From positions 608,001-672,000 of the forward strand of contig CAWBAT010000004.1 in NCBI GenBank assembly GCA_963786955.1: 64,000 nt of DNA, in the 5' to 3' direction. The notes under the pieces were generated by a model. That model was not told the DNA's origin, did no database searches, and saw only the letters and a list, made by a program, of their open reading frames with translations. This document shows positions 10,979 through 21,646 of this stretch, in pieces. Each line of letters opens with the position of its first letter. The first letter of the stretch is position 1. Origin of the DNA: an uncultured Acidimicrobiia bacterium. Its GTDB lineage: Bacteria > Acidobacteriota > Terriglobia > Versatilivoradales > Versatilivoraceae. The position numbers and the translations under genes are program-made.

Positions 10979-12151
10979 ATGAACCTTCTTGAAGTGCAAA
11001 ATCAATTGAATCAGGCAGGAATCGAGGGATGGTTGCTCTACGATTTCCAGGGTACGAATCCTATTGCCAGAAAACTCTTGGGGATTACGGGGCAGTTGAT
11101 TACAAGGCGATGGTTCTACTGGATCCCGAGGACGGGAAATCCGCTGGCATTTTGCCACAAGATCGAGCAGCAGGCGTTTTCTTCTTTGGGAGTAAGCGTT
11201 GATACCTTCAGGAGTTGGCAGGAAATGGTCAGCGGGCTCAAACGTCACCTTTCTGGATCGCAGACCATCGCGATGGAATACTCCCCGTTTTGTGCCATCC
11301 CTTATGTCTCCAAAGTTGATGCCGGAACGATTGAATTAATTAAATCTCTTGGGAAGGAAGTGGTCTCTTCGGCCAATCTTGTCCAATACTTTGAGGCAAG
11401 ATGGAGCACTCAACAATTTCAGATGCATCAGGAAGCGAGCCGTCGTCTCATGAAGATTCTCCTGGACACATTGGAGGGAATCCGGCAAGCGCTCCAAACC
11501 AACGAATCCATCTCAGAATATTCAGTCCAACAGAAGATGCTGGCTCGGTACCAGGAGCACCGTTTGACGACTTCTTCCCCTCCGATCGTGGCAGTTAATC
11601 AGAATAGTGCCAATCCCCATTATGAACCAAGTCGGGAGGGTTCGGCCCCGATCCGGCCCGGCGATTTCCTGCTCGTGGACTTCTGGGCAAAATTGGATGA
11701 GAAGAACTCAGTCTATGCCGATTACACGTGGGTCGCTAATCTGGGGGAGTCCATCCCAGAACCAATTCAAAATATCTGGGAGATTGTCAGAGGAGCAAGA
11801 GATGCCGCGACAGACTACGTCAAAGCCCACTACCTCAAGACGCTGAATCTTCAAGGATGGCAGGTGGATGCCGTCTCCCGAGATTACATCACCCAAAGGG
11901 GTTATGGAGAGTTCTTTGTTCATCGAACGGGTCACAATATCGGGGAAGAAGACCATGGGAACGGAGCCAACATGGACAGCTTGGAAACGAAAGACGCAAG
12001 ACTTCTCATCCCCAACACTTGCTTTTCCATTGAGCCAGGAATCTACTTGAAGGATTTTGGCATCCGTTCAGAAGTCAATGTCTACTTGGACCGCGAGGAG
12101 TCCGTTGTCACCGGCGATCCTATCCAGACCGAAGTCCTGAAAATCTTCTGA
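10979..12151 (+). CDS. Xaa-Pro aminopeptidase (M24 family)
   Basis: PHY, YADYT, HRTGHNIG, SIEPGIY, GIRSE metal-ligand motifs. Confidence 0.9.
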   Translation: MNLLEVQNQLNQAGIEGWLLYDFQGTNPIARKLLGITGQLITRRWFYWIPRTGNPLAFCHKIEQQAFSSLGVSVDTFRSWQEMVSGLKRHLSGSQTIAMEYSPFCAIPYVSKVDAGTIELIKSLGKEVVSSANLVQYFEARWSTQQFQMHQEASRRLMKILLDTLEGIRQALQTNESISEYSVQQKMLARYQEHRLTTSSPPIVAVNQNSANPHYEPSREGSAPIRPGDFLLVDFWAKLDEKNSVYADYTWVANLGESIPEPIQNIWEIVRGARDAATDYVKAHYLKTLNLQGWQVDAVSRDYITQRGYGEFFVHRTGHNIGEEDHGNGANMDSLETKDARLLIPNTCFSIEPGIYLKDFGIRSEVNVYLDREESVVTGDPIQTEVLKIF

Positions 12152-12175
12152 AGGATTCGAGCAAAAAGAAACGAT

Positions 12176-12925
12176 CTACGGCTGCTTGGTTCGTTTTCTT
12201 TTCACTGAGGTTAGTTCCTGGTCGATTCGGGTTAAGCTTTTCAGCAAATGTTTCCGCATTGGCGCTGTATGCTTGTTGCGAATTTGCAAATCCGCAAAGA
12301 GCTCCAGAGAATCATTCTGCACATCTTTGAAATCCTCGTACAACTTGGCAGGGCCGGGTGTTGACAACGCTCCCGCCGTGATCTTCAAGCTCGCAATCCC
12401 ACGCGCCAGAAAATGATAGAGGGCTTGTGTCTTGGCCATTTCTCGGTCATGTTTTTGCGGAGTAGTGACGATCACTTGCAGACCCTTCTTTTTGAGGTAG
12501 GCCTCAATTTTCTCCAAGCGATGGCATCTCACGGGACAGAGGGCAATTCGGCGGCCACGAATTCCACAATTGGCGCTGTCAGGACCAAAAAGGGGGTGTG
12601 TCCCGACAATTTCAACAAACCGAGGCAGCACGCGCCGCATAATCCCGATCGGAAAAACTTTGACGGAACACGTATCCAAGACGAGCTGTCCCGGATAAAG
12701 AAATGGCCGCACATCGTTGCAAGTCGATTCGATTTGAGAAATGGGAACACAAAAAATGAGGATGGGCTTTGAGGCGACTTCTCCTAGAGACAGGCGATGG
12801 ATGCCGCGCGGAGGAGTGATCGTTCCCCGATCAAAAACACTGACTTTAAAATCTTGCTTGAGAAGCTCGCTGGCAAATCGGCCAAATCGGCCAAACCCAA
12901 TGATTCCAATCTCCACGGGTATCAC
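12176..12925 (-). CDS. tyrA: prephenate/arogenate dehydrogenase
   Basis: GIIGFGRFG, DTCSVK, GTHPLFGP, HDREMA..Q. Confidence 0.85.
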   Translation of the reverse strand: MIPVEIGIIGFGRFGRFASELLKQDFKVSVFDRGTITPPRGIHRLSLGEVASKPILIFCVPISQIESTCNDVRPFLYPGQLVLDTCSVKVFPIGIMRRVLPRFVEIVGTHPLFGPDSANCGIRGRRIALCPVRCHRLEKIEAYLKKKGLQVIVTTPQKHDREMAKTQALYHFLARGIASLKITAGALSTPGPAKLYEDFKDVQNDSLELFADLQIRNKHTAPMRKHLLKSLTRIDQELTSVKRKRTKQP

Positions 12926-12998
12926 CTCGAAACAAGGATCAAGCCCGTTACTCTATTAAATCCAGTCGTGAGTTTCAACAGCGGAAGTTCAGTGGTCG

Positions 12999-13164
12999 TA
13001 ATGCGTTAGTTACGGGGGGAAATCTGTAAGGGCAAGGCCTTCGGTGAGGATTTGAGATTGTCGCTTCTGTAGCGGCTGAGTGGGTAGGGACGGACCGCCG
13101 GGCCGTCCGCGGCGCGCTCGCCGAGCGCGCCCTACCAGAAATTCCCCCGATAACTAACGCATAA
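12999..13164. mobile_element. 166-bp MITE-like element carrying a REP doublet
   Basis: Inverted ends ATGCGTTAGTTA.GGGGG.AAT (13001-13026 vs 13136-13162); flanking direct repeat CAGTGGTCG (12990-12998, 13166-13174). Confidence 0.7.
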
Positions 13165-13216
13165 CCAGTGGTCGCAGAGTTCAGACGAGTGCACTCTTAT
13201 TCGAGTGAGCAACCGG

Positions 13217-14305
13217 TTACTTTGTTTCCGCACTGGCTGCCCGAAGCACTGCGTCGATTCCCTCCAATGAGCCGTTGTGAAGCTGTTTATAAAGATTTTC
13301 AAGCTGGGTCCGCGCTGTTTTTGAATAGGGCTTGTTGAGAAGAGCCGCTTTGGCAAGAGCTTTCTGAGCATTGTACGTGTCACTCGCAAACCAATAGCTC
13401 ATTCCCAGGTAGTAGTAAGCTTCATCATTTTGCGGAAAGTATTTAAGACTGCTGTTCAATGCCCCGACTGCTGCCGCATATTGCTTTCGATCGTAGAAAT
13501 TTCTGCCAATGATTGCGTAAGATCGCGCCTTTTCCTGATTCCACGTCGCGGTCGTGTATCCCGGCGGAATCTCGCCTTCTCCGTAGGCTGACATCATCTT
13601 TTGAGAGTAGGCTGCCGCTTTAGGGATGTTCCGCTGGTTCGCGAAAATAAACGAAAGTTTCGCCGCATAAAAAAAGCTATCTTTGGGCGGCAATTCTGCA
13701 ACGCATTTTTCGGCGTAAATAACAAACTTTGAATCATTTTTCAATTGCTCAAAAGAAAAGGCGAGAAGTTGCGCCAGTTCTTTACTTGGTTTCGCTTTGT
13801 AAAAAGCCTCACCATACTGGGCCGCCTTGGCATAGTCCTTATTCGCATAATTGGCTTCGGTCGCATAGCCGAGAGTCGCTATGTCTTCAGGCTTTAATTG
13901 GAGAACAATCTCCGAAACAGTTGCCAGATTGACCATGTCTTTCTGCTCATAAAGTTGGCGCTGAAGGGCAGCAAACTGGGAAAATGCGTATTCATTGAGC
14001 TTTGAATTGGGATGCGCCTTGATGAAGCTAGCCAAGCCTTCGGCCCGGCTCTTGGGATTGGGAATTGTCAAGGCCTTATTGAATTCTTCGTACTCCTCTT
14101 TGGTGTATCCCACCTCCGGCAAGGGCTTCTGTGCTTGTTTTGTGGCGTCTTCGATATCAACCACTTCTGGTTCCTTTGGCTCCTCTTTTCCCTGACTCTC
14201 TGACTTCTTCTGCGTGCCAGCCTCCTGTGTGTATGCCACCTGTACTGAAATGGTCAGAAATCCGATCAGAAATGCGCACAAAAACAAAACTTTTGATTGT
14301 CTCAC
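13217..14305 (-). CDS. secreted TPR protein
   Basis: Signal peptide ending AYT/Q; repeated TPR-like helices (EAYYYLG, AAVGALN). Confidence 0.8.
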   Translation of the reverse strand: MRQSKVLFLCAFLIGFLTISVQVAYTQEAGTQKKSESQGKEEPKEPEVVDIEDATKQAQKPLPEVGYTKEEYEEFNKALTIPNPKSRAEGLASFIKAHPNSKLNEYAFSQFAALQRQLYEQKDMVNLATVSEIVLQLKPEDIATLGYATEANYANKDYAKAAQYGEAFYKAKPSKELAQLLAFSFEQLKNDSKFVIYAEKCVAELPPKDSFFYAAKLSFIFANQRNIPKAAAYSQKMMSAYGEGEIPPGYTTATWNQEKARSYAIIGRNFYDRKQYAAAVGALNSSLKYFPQNDEAYYYLGMSYWFASDTYNAQKALAKAALLNKPYSKTARTQLENLYKQLHNGSLEGIDAVLRAASAETK

Positions 14306-14646
14306 GATCTACCTCCCCAATCCGGCTCATCAGCCGGATAATTCCTGAAGCGTCGCTTCCGGATTAATCTACAAGTTCAATGCATGAACAATAATAATTA
14401 TTTTTGATTATCGGAATTTGGAAATCGAGTGTCAACTGAAATTGAATGGCGAACGCACCGTGAGTTTGACAGTTCCCCTTCGAGAATTCTCGGCAGCACC
14501 CTTTTCCTAATTCTTTCCCCAAAAAGAAAATGTTAAACGAAAATTTTGGGCGAGGAGCGGATTTTTCGAGTTCCAGAGAAAAACGACCTATTTCTTGAAT
14601 AGGCCGAACAGTCTGGCATTCCACCCAAAATTCTTTGGAAATCCCA

Positions 14647-14675
14647 TTGACAAGGGGATTTCGCTATTGTATAAC
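14647..14675 (+). promoter_or_regulatory. sigma70 promoter of the HU gene
   Basis: TTGACA-17bp-TATAAC. Confidence 0.8.
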
Positions 14676-14734
14676 GCAGATGCGCTGCCAGAAGGCGTTC
14701 TTATCTCGAACGAAAGGAAAAAGGAGAGGACATC

Positions 14735-15016
14735 GTGAACAAAGCAGACCTGATTGAAAAAATCGCGAAGGACACACAAATCAACAAGACCCAAGCTCAA
14801 TCTGCCATTGACTCCGTAATAGATGGAATTCAGGCCACATTGAAGAAGGGCGATCGAGTCACATTGGTTGGCTTCGGCACCTTCTCAGTAGGGCACAGGA
14901 AGGCAAGAACCGGACGGAACCCCCAAACAGGGAAGCCGATTAAGATTGCTGCCAAGAAGGTAGCAAAGTTTACCCCCGGAGCCGAGTTAAAGTCAGCGGT
15001 CAACAAAAAGAAATAA
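14735..15016 (+). CDS. hup: DNA-binding protein HU
   Basis: MNKADLI, VTLVGFGTF, RTGRNPQTG. Confidence 0.97.
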   Translation: MNKADLIEKIAKDTQINKTQAQSAIDSVIDGIQATLKKGDRVTLVGFGTFSVGHRKARTGRNPQTGKPIKIAAKKVAKFTPGAELKSAVNKKK

Positions 15017-15042
15017 GCTTCCAGTGGCCGGTCGACCCCATC

Positions 15043-15072
15043 AAAAGGGCAGCTCATACTGCCCTTTTCTTT
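15043..15072 (+). terminator. intrinsic terminator after hup
   Basis: AAAAGGGCAG-CTCATA-CTGCCCTTTT plus T-rich tail. Confidence 0.85.
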
Positions 15073-15451
15073 ATTTTAAGGACCCCTTCAGTTCCAATCT
15101 CTCTCACTATGCCTCACACAAAATGTCATCTTAGAGGTGACAATTTTGTGTCCTTTTCCTCAGTGGCGCATTGTTCTTACTTGATACAGATCCACACTTT
15201 TACGATAAGCGCTTCAAATCCAGGCTGTTCGTGATTTTTGCCCGGGGCCAGGTTTTTGGGTGAAGGATTGCACTAACAAAGGTATGCAAGCAAGGGCATA
15301 CGGCCCGGGCTTGATTTTAGGATTTGCGATTTAAATCCCGCTACTTTTTCCTTTCCCAAAAGAGCCGAGACAATTTGTCTCGGCTCCCCTCTCTCTGATT
15401 TAAGCAAGTATTTCGATTTCGGGTGAGATAGATTTTTTACGGCATAGGGAT

Positions 15452-16504
15452 TTGCAGAAGCCCGTGGCAAATTTCCATTACTTGTTCGGTTCAGGGAAAA
15501 TTGGTATTGTGCTATCTTTTGATGTTGGCAAAGCACGATCATCTCCCAAATACGAGCTCTCCTTGCGACCTTATCTGGCTCACCAATCAAAACGTTCCCC
15601 CCTGCTGTTCCTGTGGATCGTAGAACTCCTGCCGGCCTTGATTCTTGCCATTTGGCCCCATCCCGGTTTAAGCGATTCTAAGGCACGCGTCGTGACTCTT
15701 TATGTTTCTGTTTATGACACGCAAGGCAAACCGGTTGAAAGCCTGAATTCCGGCGACATTGAATTGCTCGAAGAAAATAAGCCTCAAGTCGTCTCTTCTT
15801 TCCGTTTTGAAAAAGGCACACCGATATCTCTCGGGGTGTTACTGGACATCAGTAAGAATATGGCTGGCGAAAGGCTTAGTTTCGCGTTGAACTGGCTCAA
15901 GTCTCTGGCCGAAAAACTCAAAAGCCCGGATGAACTTTTTGTCAATGGATTCAGTGACGACTCTCAAGAATTAGTCGATTTCGTCTCGCCTGAAGACTAC
16001 CTAGAAGAACCTGTGGGTCATGTTGGCACTGGAGGCCATCCTGTTACCGGATTGGCTCTGGATCGAGGAATGATTAAGGTCAGAGAGGGAAGGAATGCCA
16101 AAAAAGTATTGCTTTTCCTTTCGGCAGGATACGATGTCGCTGGTCCTGCCACGCTGGATCACATTACCAAGTTTGGGTATCCGATCTATTCTCTCGCTGT
16201 AGATATCGGAGGAGGAGAGGGACTCAAAGGATCGATCGACTGGCTGAAGACCCTTAGTATCCGGGGGCCAGCCATCAAAGTATACGCCGAACAATCTGGC
16301 GGATTTATCTTACCTCTAGACTCCAGTACACAAGGCGAAGACGCCCTTCCCAAGATCCTCTTTGCACTCAAAAACCAGTATCGTCTGGAGTATACCTCTA
16401 AGAGTTCCAAGAAGCCCGGTGACATCCTGAAGCTTCAAATCAAGACAAAGGATACTGGCTATCGCGTAGATTATCTTAAGCGCTATCAGATTCCCCGCCG
16501 CTAA
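15452..16504 (+). CDS. VWA domain protein (Acidobacteria type); true start probably downstream
   Basis: VSVYD..GKPV..L....E..KPQ, GVLLDISKNM, KKVLLFLSAG.D, LKNQYRLEY. Confidence 0.8.
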   Translation: MQKPVANFHYLFGSGKIGIVLSFDVGKARSSPKYELSLRPYLAHQSKRSPLLFLWIVELLPALILAIWPHPGLSDSKARVVTLYVSVYDTQGKPVESLNSGDIELLEENKPQVVSSFRFEKGTPISLGVLLDISKNMAGERLSFALNWLKSLAEKLKSPDELFVNGFSDDSQELVDFVSPEDYLEEPVGHVGTGGHPVTGLALDRGMIKVREGRNAKKVLLFLSAGYDVAGPATLDHITKFGYPIYSLAVDIGGGEGLKGSIDWLKTLSIRGPAIKVYAEQSGGFILPLDSSTQGEDALPKILFALKNQYRLEYTSKSSKKPGDILKLQIKTKDTGYRVDYLKRYQIPRR

Positions 16505-16542
16505 TGGGCTGATCCAAGTGATGCGCAGGCCCCCTCCCGAAG

Positions 16543-18039
16543 TTAATGCAACGCTTCTTCAATCTTCTCTTTGTCCCCCATGATGACAACTGCACCCCGT
16601 GAAGTCAGATAGTTCTTGGCTGCTTCCTGTAAACGATCCACAGAAATTTCTTCTAAACCCCTCGGGAAAGTTTGCAGGTAGCCTCGTGGAAGGCCCTGGA
16701 GCTCGATTTCCGCCATCGCCTGGGCAAACCCCTGGGGGGAGCTAATAGATCTCTGGAAGGAGTCGATAACCTCGAGTCTCACCCGGTCGAGAGCCGAATC
16801 CGAAGCCTTATTGGCCTTCAACTCATCGATGACTCGTTGAATCGTCTCCAAGATCGGTTTGATGGAGGAGGGGGGAGCCTGGGCCAGTATCTTGAGTTTT
16901 CCGCAAGTCAGACCAAGCTCTAGTTCGCTTTGAATAGACTGGTAGGGGATTCCGCCACGATCTAATTCCTGCTTGAGCTTGGAATGCTGTGAATGGCCCC
17001 CCAGGAACTGGGTCAATAAAACCAGGCTGTAATAATCAGGGGTTTGCCTGGAGGGACCTGGGTTCCCAAACAACACGCTAACGTCGGAGTTTCCTTTTTT
17101 TTCAAAGATGCGAAACTCAGTATCCACAAGCGTGGAAGTGGGCGGGTCTGGTAAGTGTGGCTGGGGACCTTTGGTCCACCCTCCGAACTTTTCCCTGATT
17201 AAAGTGGACAGCGATGATAAATTGGGTGGCCCAACTACGGCAATGGCCGCGTTATTCGGTAAGTAATAAGCAGCATGGAATGCCTGCACATCCGCCAATC
17301 CTATTTCCTTCAGGGTGTCGGGATCCCCTATGAGGCGGTGAGAACAATAGCCCCTCCCAAAAAGCTCTGGGTCGAGTAGGCTCGACAAAAACTCGGCAGG
17401 CGAAACCACCCCGGAATCGCCCACTTGTTCTTTCATCCGGTCCAACCCTTCCTTTTGAAAGATAGGCCGCACGAGTAAGTTGGCGATCGTATTCAGGAAA
17501 GGTTCCAGATTCTTTGCTGGCAACTCAGCGCGAAATAGAGTTGAATCCATCTCCACTTGGATTGAGAAAATAGCTTCGAGAAAGTCCAGTTCATCTTTCC
17601 ACCGTTGTTGCGTGACCTTCTGATTGGCTTCTAGTATTCCATGGGCTGTAAGGAGTGCAACTCCTTGTTTTTTGTCAGGGTCCATGCCATAGCCAGACTT
17701 AATGAGAAAGATGACAACGACGCGGTCGCTCCCCGGAACTTCGGCAGTTAGCAGATGAAGTCCGTTGAGCAGTTCGACCTTCTGGATGAAAGGTGGGGAG
17801 AATTTAGATTCTTTATTTTGCCCAAAGAAAAGAGAGGCGGTCGGGGAAAGAAGAAGTATAAAGACAGGAAAAATCCAGCGGAATGCTACAGTTCCGCGCG
17901 GGAGGCATCTTAAGGAAAGATCAGAGCACAACACATTTTTCGAGGATTTATCTATCTCATTGCGAAATCGACACTTGAAAAAGGGGCGGCAGAGGATAAA
18001 ACGATGTCTATAGAAATGGGCCAATCTAACCTGAGTCAA
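16543..18039 (-). CDS. M16 peptidase-like protein, probably catalytically inactive; start uncertain
   Basis: LLNGLHL, DP.K.G.A.L, FH..YY.PNNA.I.VVG; no HxxEH (AHGILE instead). Confidence 0.8.
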   Translation of the reverse strand: MTQVRLAHFYRHRFILCRPFFKCRFRNEIDKSSKNVLCSDLSLRCLPRGTVAFRWIFPVFILLLSPTASLFFGQNKESKFSPPFIQKVELLNGLHLLTAEVPGSDRVVVIFLIKSGYGMDPDKKQGVALLTAHGILEANQKVTQQRWKDELDFLEAIFSIQVEMDSTLFRAELPAKNLEPFLNTIANLLVRPIFQKEGLDRMKEQVGDSGVVSPAEFLSSLLDPELFGRGYCSHRLIGDPDTLKEIGLADVQAFHAAYYLPNNAAIAVVGPPNLSSLSTLIREKFGGWTKGPQPHLPDPPTSTLVDTEFRIFEKKGNSDVSVLFGNPGPSRQTPDYYSLVLLTQFLGGHSQHSKLKQELDRGGIPYQSIQSELELGLTCGKLKILAQAPPSSIKPILETIQRVIDELKANKASDSALDRVRLEVIDSFQRSISSPQGFAQAMAEIELQGLPRGYLQTFPRGLEEISVDRLQEAAKNYLTSRGAVVIMGDKEKIEEALH

Positions 18040-18080
18040 CCAATTTCGCTCGCATTCAAGGGAATTTCAACGGCTCCCGG

Positions 18081-18665
18081 TTAACCTTTCTTGAGTTCGA
18101 TCAAGACTTGTTTGGCAACCGCCTTAAGCGTGTCAAAGACTCCTAACCCTGTGGACGCCACTGCCTCCAGGACGGGCTCGCCTTTCCGCATGAGCTCCTT
18201 CTTCATATCTTCAACCGATACGATGTTGGAGAGGTCGCGTTTATTTAACTGCAACGCAAAAGGGATCTTCATCAAGTCATATCCCTGAATCTTAAGGTTC
18301 TGCTCCAGGTTGTAGACGCTTTCGATATTGGCGTCCATTCTTTCTAATTGGGAGTCGGCGACGAAGATGATTCCATCTACCCCCTTCAGGATCAGCTTTC
18401 GACTGGCGTCGTAAAAAACCTGCCCGGGGACAGTGTAAAGATGAAACCGGGTCTTAAACCCGCGCACACTCCCTAGCTCAAGCGGTAGAAAATCAAAAAA
18501 CAGGGTGCGGTCAGTTTCAGTAGCCAAAGAGATCATCTTCCCTTTGGCATTGGGAGCTGTCTTATCGTAGATATACTGAAGATTTGTCGTCTTGCCCCCT
18601 AACCCCGGACCGTAGTAGACAATCTTGCAGTTGATTTCTCTCGATGCGTAGTTAATGAAGGTCAA
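18081..18665 (-). CDS. mglA: MglA Ras-like GTPase
   Basis: [34 protein letters not shown]. Confidence 0.97.
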   Translation of the reverse strand: MTFINYASREINCKIVYYGPGLGGKTTNLQYIYDKTAPNAKGKMISLATETDRTLFFDFLPLELGSVRGFKTRFHLYTVPGQVFYDASRKLILKGVDGIIFVADSQLERMDANIESVYNLEQNLKIQGYDLMKIPFALQLNKRDLSNIVSVEDMKKELMRKGEPVLEAVASTGLGVFDTLKAVAKQVLIELKKG

Positions 18666-18752
18666 TTTACAGTCACCCTCTATAAATCATAATGTTACAC
18701 CTGACTAATTTCAATCCTACTGGTGCCTTGGTTGAGACAACCCCGTCTTGGT

Positions 18753-19253
18753 TTACTGGGTAAAAAGGCTATCAATATCTTCATCGGTTATTTCGGCGAA
18801 AGGGGACTCCATATCCAGTGCCCCAGAATCCCGCTCCGAATTAATCTTATTCACGATCTTATCAAACAGATCGGTTAATTCAATCGAAGCTTTCTTGACT
18901 CTAAGCCGAACAAGCCCAAGCGAAGAAAGACTGTCAAAGATCACTACGAGAATTACTCTTTGTGCAACAATCGAAATATGAATATTGTCTCGTTCGCCTT
19001 CGTGAAAGAGTATTGAAAACTCTTTCTCACCGATCAGCTTGGCAAGCCCATCGGTCGCCGCAACATTCCCGGCTGTTAACGAGGCAAGCGAGGTTGCATC
19101 GAAATTTTCCAGTTGCCCTTGAGCAGCAATCTGTTGTCCATTCTTATCAACCAGGAAAACGAGCTTCGCGTTGGACTCATTTCTGAGCTTTGCAATCACA
19201 GCCTTTATGCGCTGATACTCATCTTCATACATGATCATGTCAGGAGACGTCAT
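18753..19253 (-). CDS. mglB: MglB roadblock/LC7 GAP
   Basis: FLVDKNGQ.IA, SLASLTAGNVAAT.GLAKLIGE, SLGLVRLRV, FAEITDEDID. Confidence 0.95.
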   Translation of the reverse strand: MTSPDMIMYEDEYQRIKAVIAKLRNESNAKLVFLVDKNGQQIAAQGQLENFDATSLASLTAGNVAATDGLAKLIGEKEFSILFHEGERDNIHISIVAQRVILVVIFDSLSSLGLVRLRVKKASIELTDLFDKIVNKINSERDSGALDMESPFAEITDEDIDSLFTQ

Positions 19254-19544
19254 GAGCTTATTTCGCCTCTCTAGCGATCATTTCGGCTGGATTTAATTGA
19301 GATTCTTGTGGAACGAACAGCATTGGGCCTTTCTTGTCTCTCTCTATGACCAAGCTTTGCTGTCGATAGACCGAGTCCAACCCTCTTGGAATGTCCTGGC
19401 TTTTAACACATAAGTCTTTTTGTCTGCAATATCTTTCTTGCCGTTTTAAAACATCGACTCTTACCGGAGATAACTTTAGAAAAAGTGATCGACGGCTTCG
19501 CTCTCAGAGATTCCAGGGTAAGATTCGCTTCTCACTCCAATCTC

Positions 19545-19573
19545 TTGACTGAGCAAGGCTTTCCTGATATAAC
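19545..19573 (+). promoter_or_regulatory. sigma70-like promoter
   Basis: TTGACT-17bp-TATAAC upstream of the TPR-yvcK-glmU-glmS run. Confidence 0.65.
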
Positions 19574-19711
19574 AAGCTAGACAGATTGATCATTTAGACT
19601 GCGTATTTCACTCCTTATCGAGCATAAGACGGATTCATTCTTCGCATGCAAATGCCGTCCGCAACGGCTCCGCTTCTAAGTTATAAAATATCAACAGGAT
19701 AGAGGAGCAAA

Positions 19712-20506
19712 ATGCGTAAGCCATCAAAGAACCAAAAGAAAAATCTGGCAAAGTCCAGCAAAATTGGTGGATCAAGAAAGTCGTCCTTAAAGAAGATTTC
19801 TAAGCCTGCCAAGAAAAAGGGACTAACGACTGAACGCCGCACGAAAGTGAGCGTCGGGAAAGCGAAATCGTTGGGAAAACCATTGCCTGGCAAGAAAGCC
19901 TCAGCCCAGCAAGCTAATAAGACTAGAAATATCAAAAGATTACAAGAAGAATTGATACGGCGGGGCTCAAAGTCGTCCACCAATCGGAATGGAAGAATTA
20001 ACCCATCCAGGACTGCTTCCCTAAAACAATATGAGACTGCAGTAAAATTGTTGTATTCACAAGAGTTCGATAAAGCTAAAGCCCTCTTCGAAAAGATCAT
20101 CCACACTTTTGAAGAAGATAAAGAGCTCGTTGAAAGAACTCGAATCCACATTCGATTGTGTGAGCAGAAGAGTGCGCGAAAACCTCCCTCACCTCGCTCG
20201 GTAGATGAACATTATGACCTCGCAATCTCTTTCTACAACCAAGGGAAGTACGAACAGGCATTTGAACACCTGCGAAAAGCCTTAAAGTATGACCCATCGT
20301 GTGATTATGTGCACTATGCATTGGCTGCAACCAACTGTAAGACAGGAGACTTGGAGACCGCTCTTCATGATCTAGGCGAAGCCATCCATCTAAAACCTGA
20401 GAACCGTTTTCTGGCGCAACGTGACGAGGATTTTGCCCCTCTCAAGGAGGATTCGCGCTTCATTACGATGGTTTTCCCTGATCGTTCTGGCTCCGTGACA
20501 TCATAA
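19712..20506 (+). CDS. TPR protein with Lys/Arg-rich N-terminal extension
   Basis: GAGGAG RBS; ~100 aa basic low-complexity region, then TPRs (YNQGKYEQA, YALAA...GD.ETAL). Confidence 0.75.
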   Translation: MRKPSKNQKKNLAKSSKIGGSRKSSLKKISKPAKKKGLTTERRTKVSVGKAKSLGKPLPGKKASAQQANKTRNIKRLQEELIRRGSKSSTNRNGRINPSRTASLKQYETAVKLLYSQEFDKAKALFEKIIHTFEEDKELVERTRIHIRLCEQKSARKPPSPRSVDEHYDLAISFYNQGKYEQAFEHLRKALKYDPSCDYVHYALAATNCKTGDLETALHDLGEAIHLKPENRFLAQRDEDFAPLKEDSRFITMVFPDRSGSVTS

Positions 20507-20577
20507 TCATCATTAATTGCACCCGGTTGTGCCCGATTTCGTATGAAGTTTATGTCCCGCCAACCGATTAGTCTTTC

Positions 20578-21646
20578 GTGAACAATCTGCCTTTCGCTGA
20601 AATTAACATCGTCGCTATTGGGGGAGGTACTGGTCTTTCCCAGCTATTATCCGGTCTGAAGCAGTTTGTTCTGAAGCCGAGCCTCAAAGAACCCTCTCTG
20701 CTGATTTCTCCCTTTATCAAAGAACTCACCGCAATTGTTACTGTGACGGATGATGGTGGTAGTTCCGGACGTCTCCGCGATGAATTTCAAATGCTTCCGC
20801 CTGGAGATATTCGGAAATGCCTGGTCGCCTTGTCCGAAGATGAACTGCTAATGGCTAAGCTCTTCCAGTACCGCTTTAGCGGTAGTGGGGAATTGCAGGG
20901 ACACAGTTTTGGGAATCTATTTCTCACGGCCCTGACCAATGTCACCGGAGACTTTCTGGAAGCCATTCGCTTGACCAGCGAGGTTCTAGCCATCAAAGGG
21001 AGGATTCTCCCATCAACAATGGCCGATGTTCATTTGGTTGGAGAACTCGAGAACGGGATCGCGCTTTACGGGGAATCGCTCATCGGCCGTTCCCCAGGAA
21101 GAATCCGCCACATCAGCATCCTTCCGGAAGAATGCATCCCTCTACCCGAAGCCCTGGAAGCAATAGACAAAGCGGATATCATTACGATGGGACCAGGCTC
21201 CCTATATACGAGCCTTTTGCCAAACCTTCTCGTCAGGGGCATCCCCGAAGCCATTCGCCAGTCCGGAGCTCTCAAGGTTTACATTGGGAATATCATGACT
21301 CAGAAGGGGGAAACAGTTGGCTTCACGGCTTCCGACCATCTCCGCGCGGTTCGCGAACATTGCGGGGATGACCTGTTTAGTTACTTCCTCTGCAACAATA
21401 CTCCCATCTCAGCAGAACAGCAGGGCTAGTTACCGAAAAGAAGCGGCAGACCAGACAAAGATCGATGTGGAGGCCCTAGGAGATTATAGTGTTCAGGTAA
21501 TGTTCAAAGATTTGCTCGCCGAAGGGGACAAAGTCCGTCATGATTCTATGAAGTTGGCCGTTGCGATCTTCGAATTGGCGATGTCCGCCGAGCGAAAAGG
21601 ATTTGAGGCTGACCCTGTTGTCCCTGTCTTAGGGGAACCATTATGA
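20578..21646 (+). CDS. yvcK: YvcK/GlmR (CofD-like) UDP-GlcNAc-binding protein, frameshift near 21424
   Basis: AIGGGTGL, VTDDGGSSGRLR, PPGDIR, GPGSLYTS; C-terminal VRHD..KLA is in the other frame. Confidence 0.88.
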
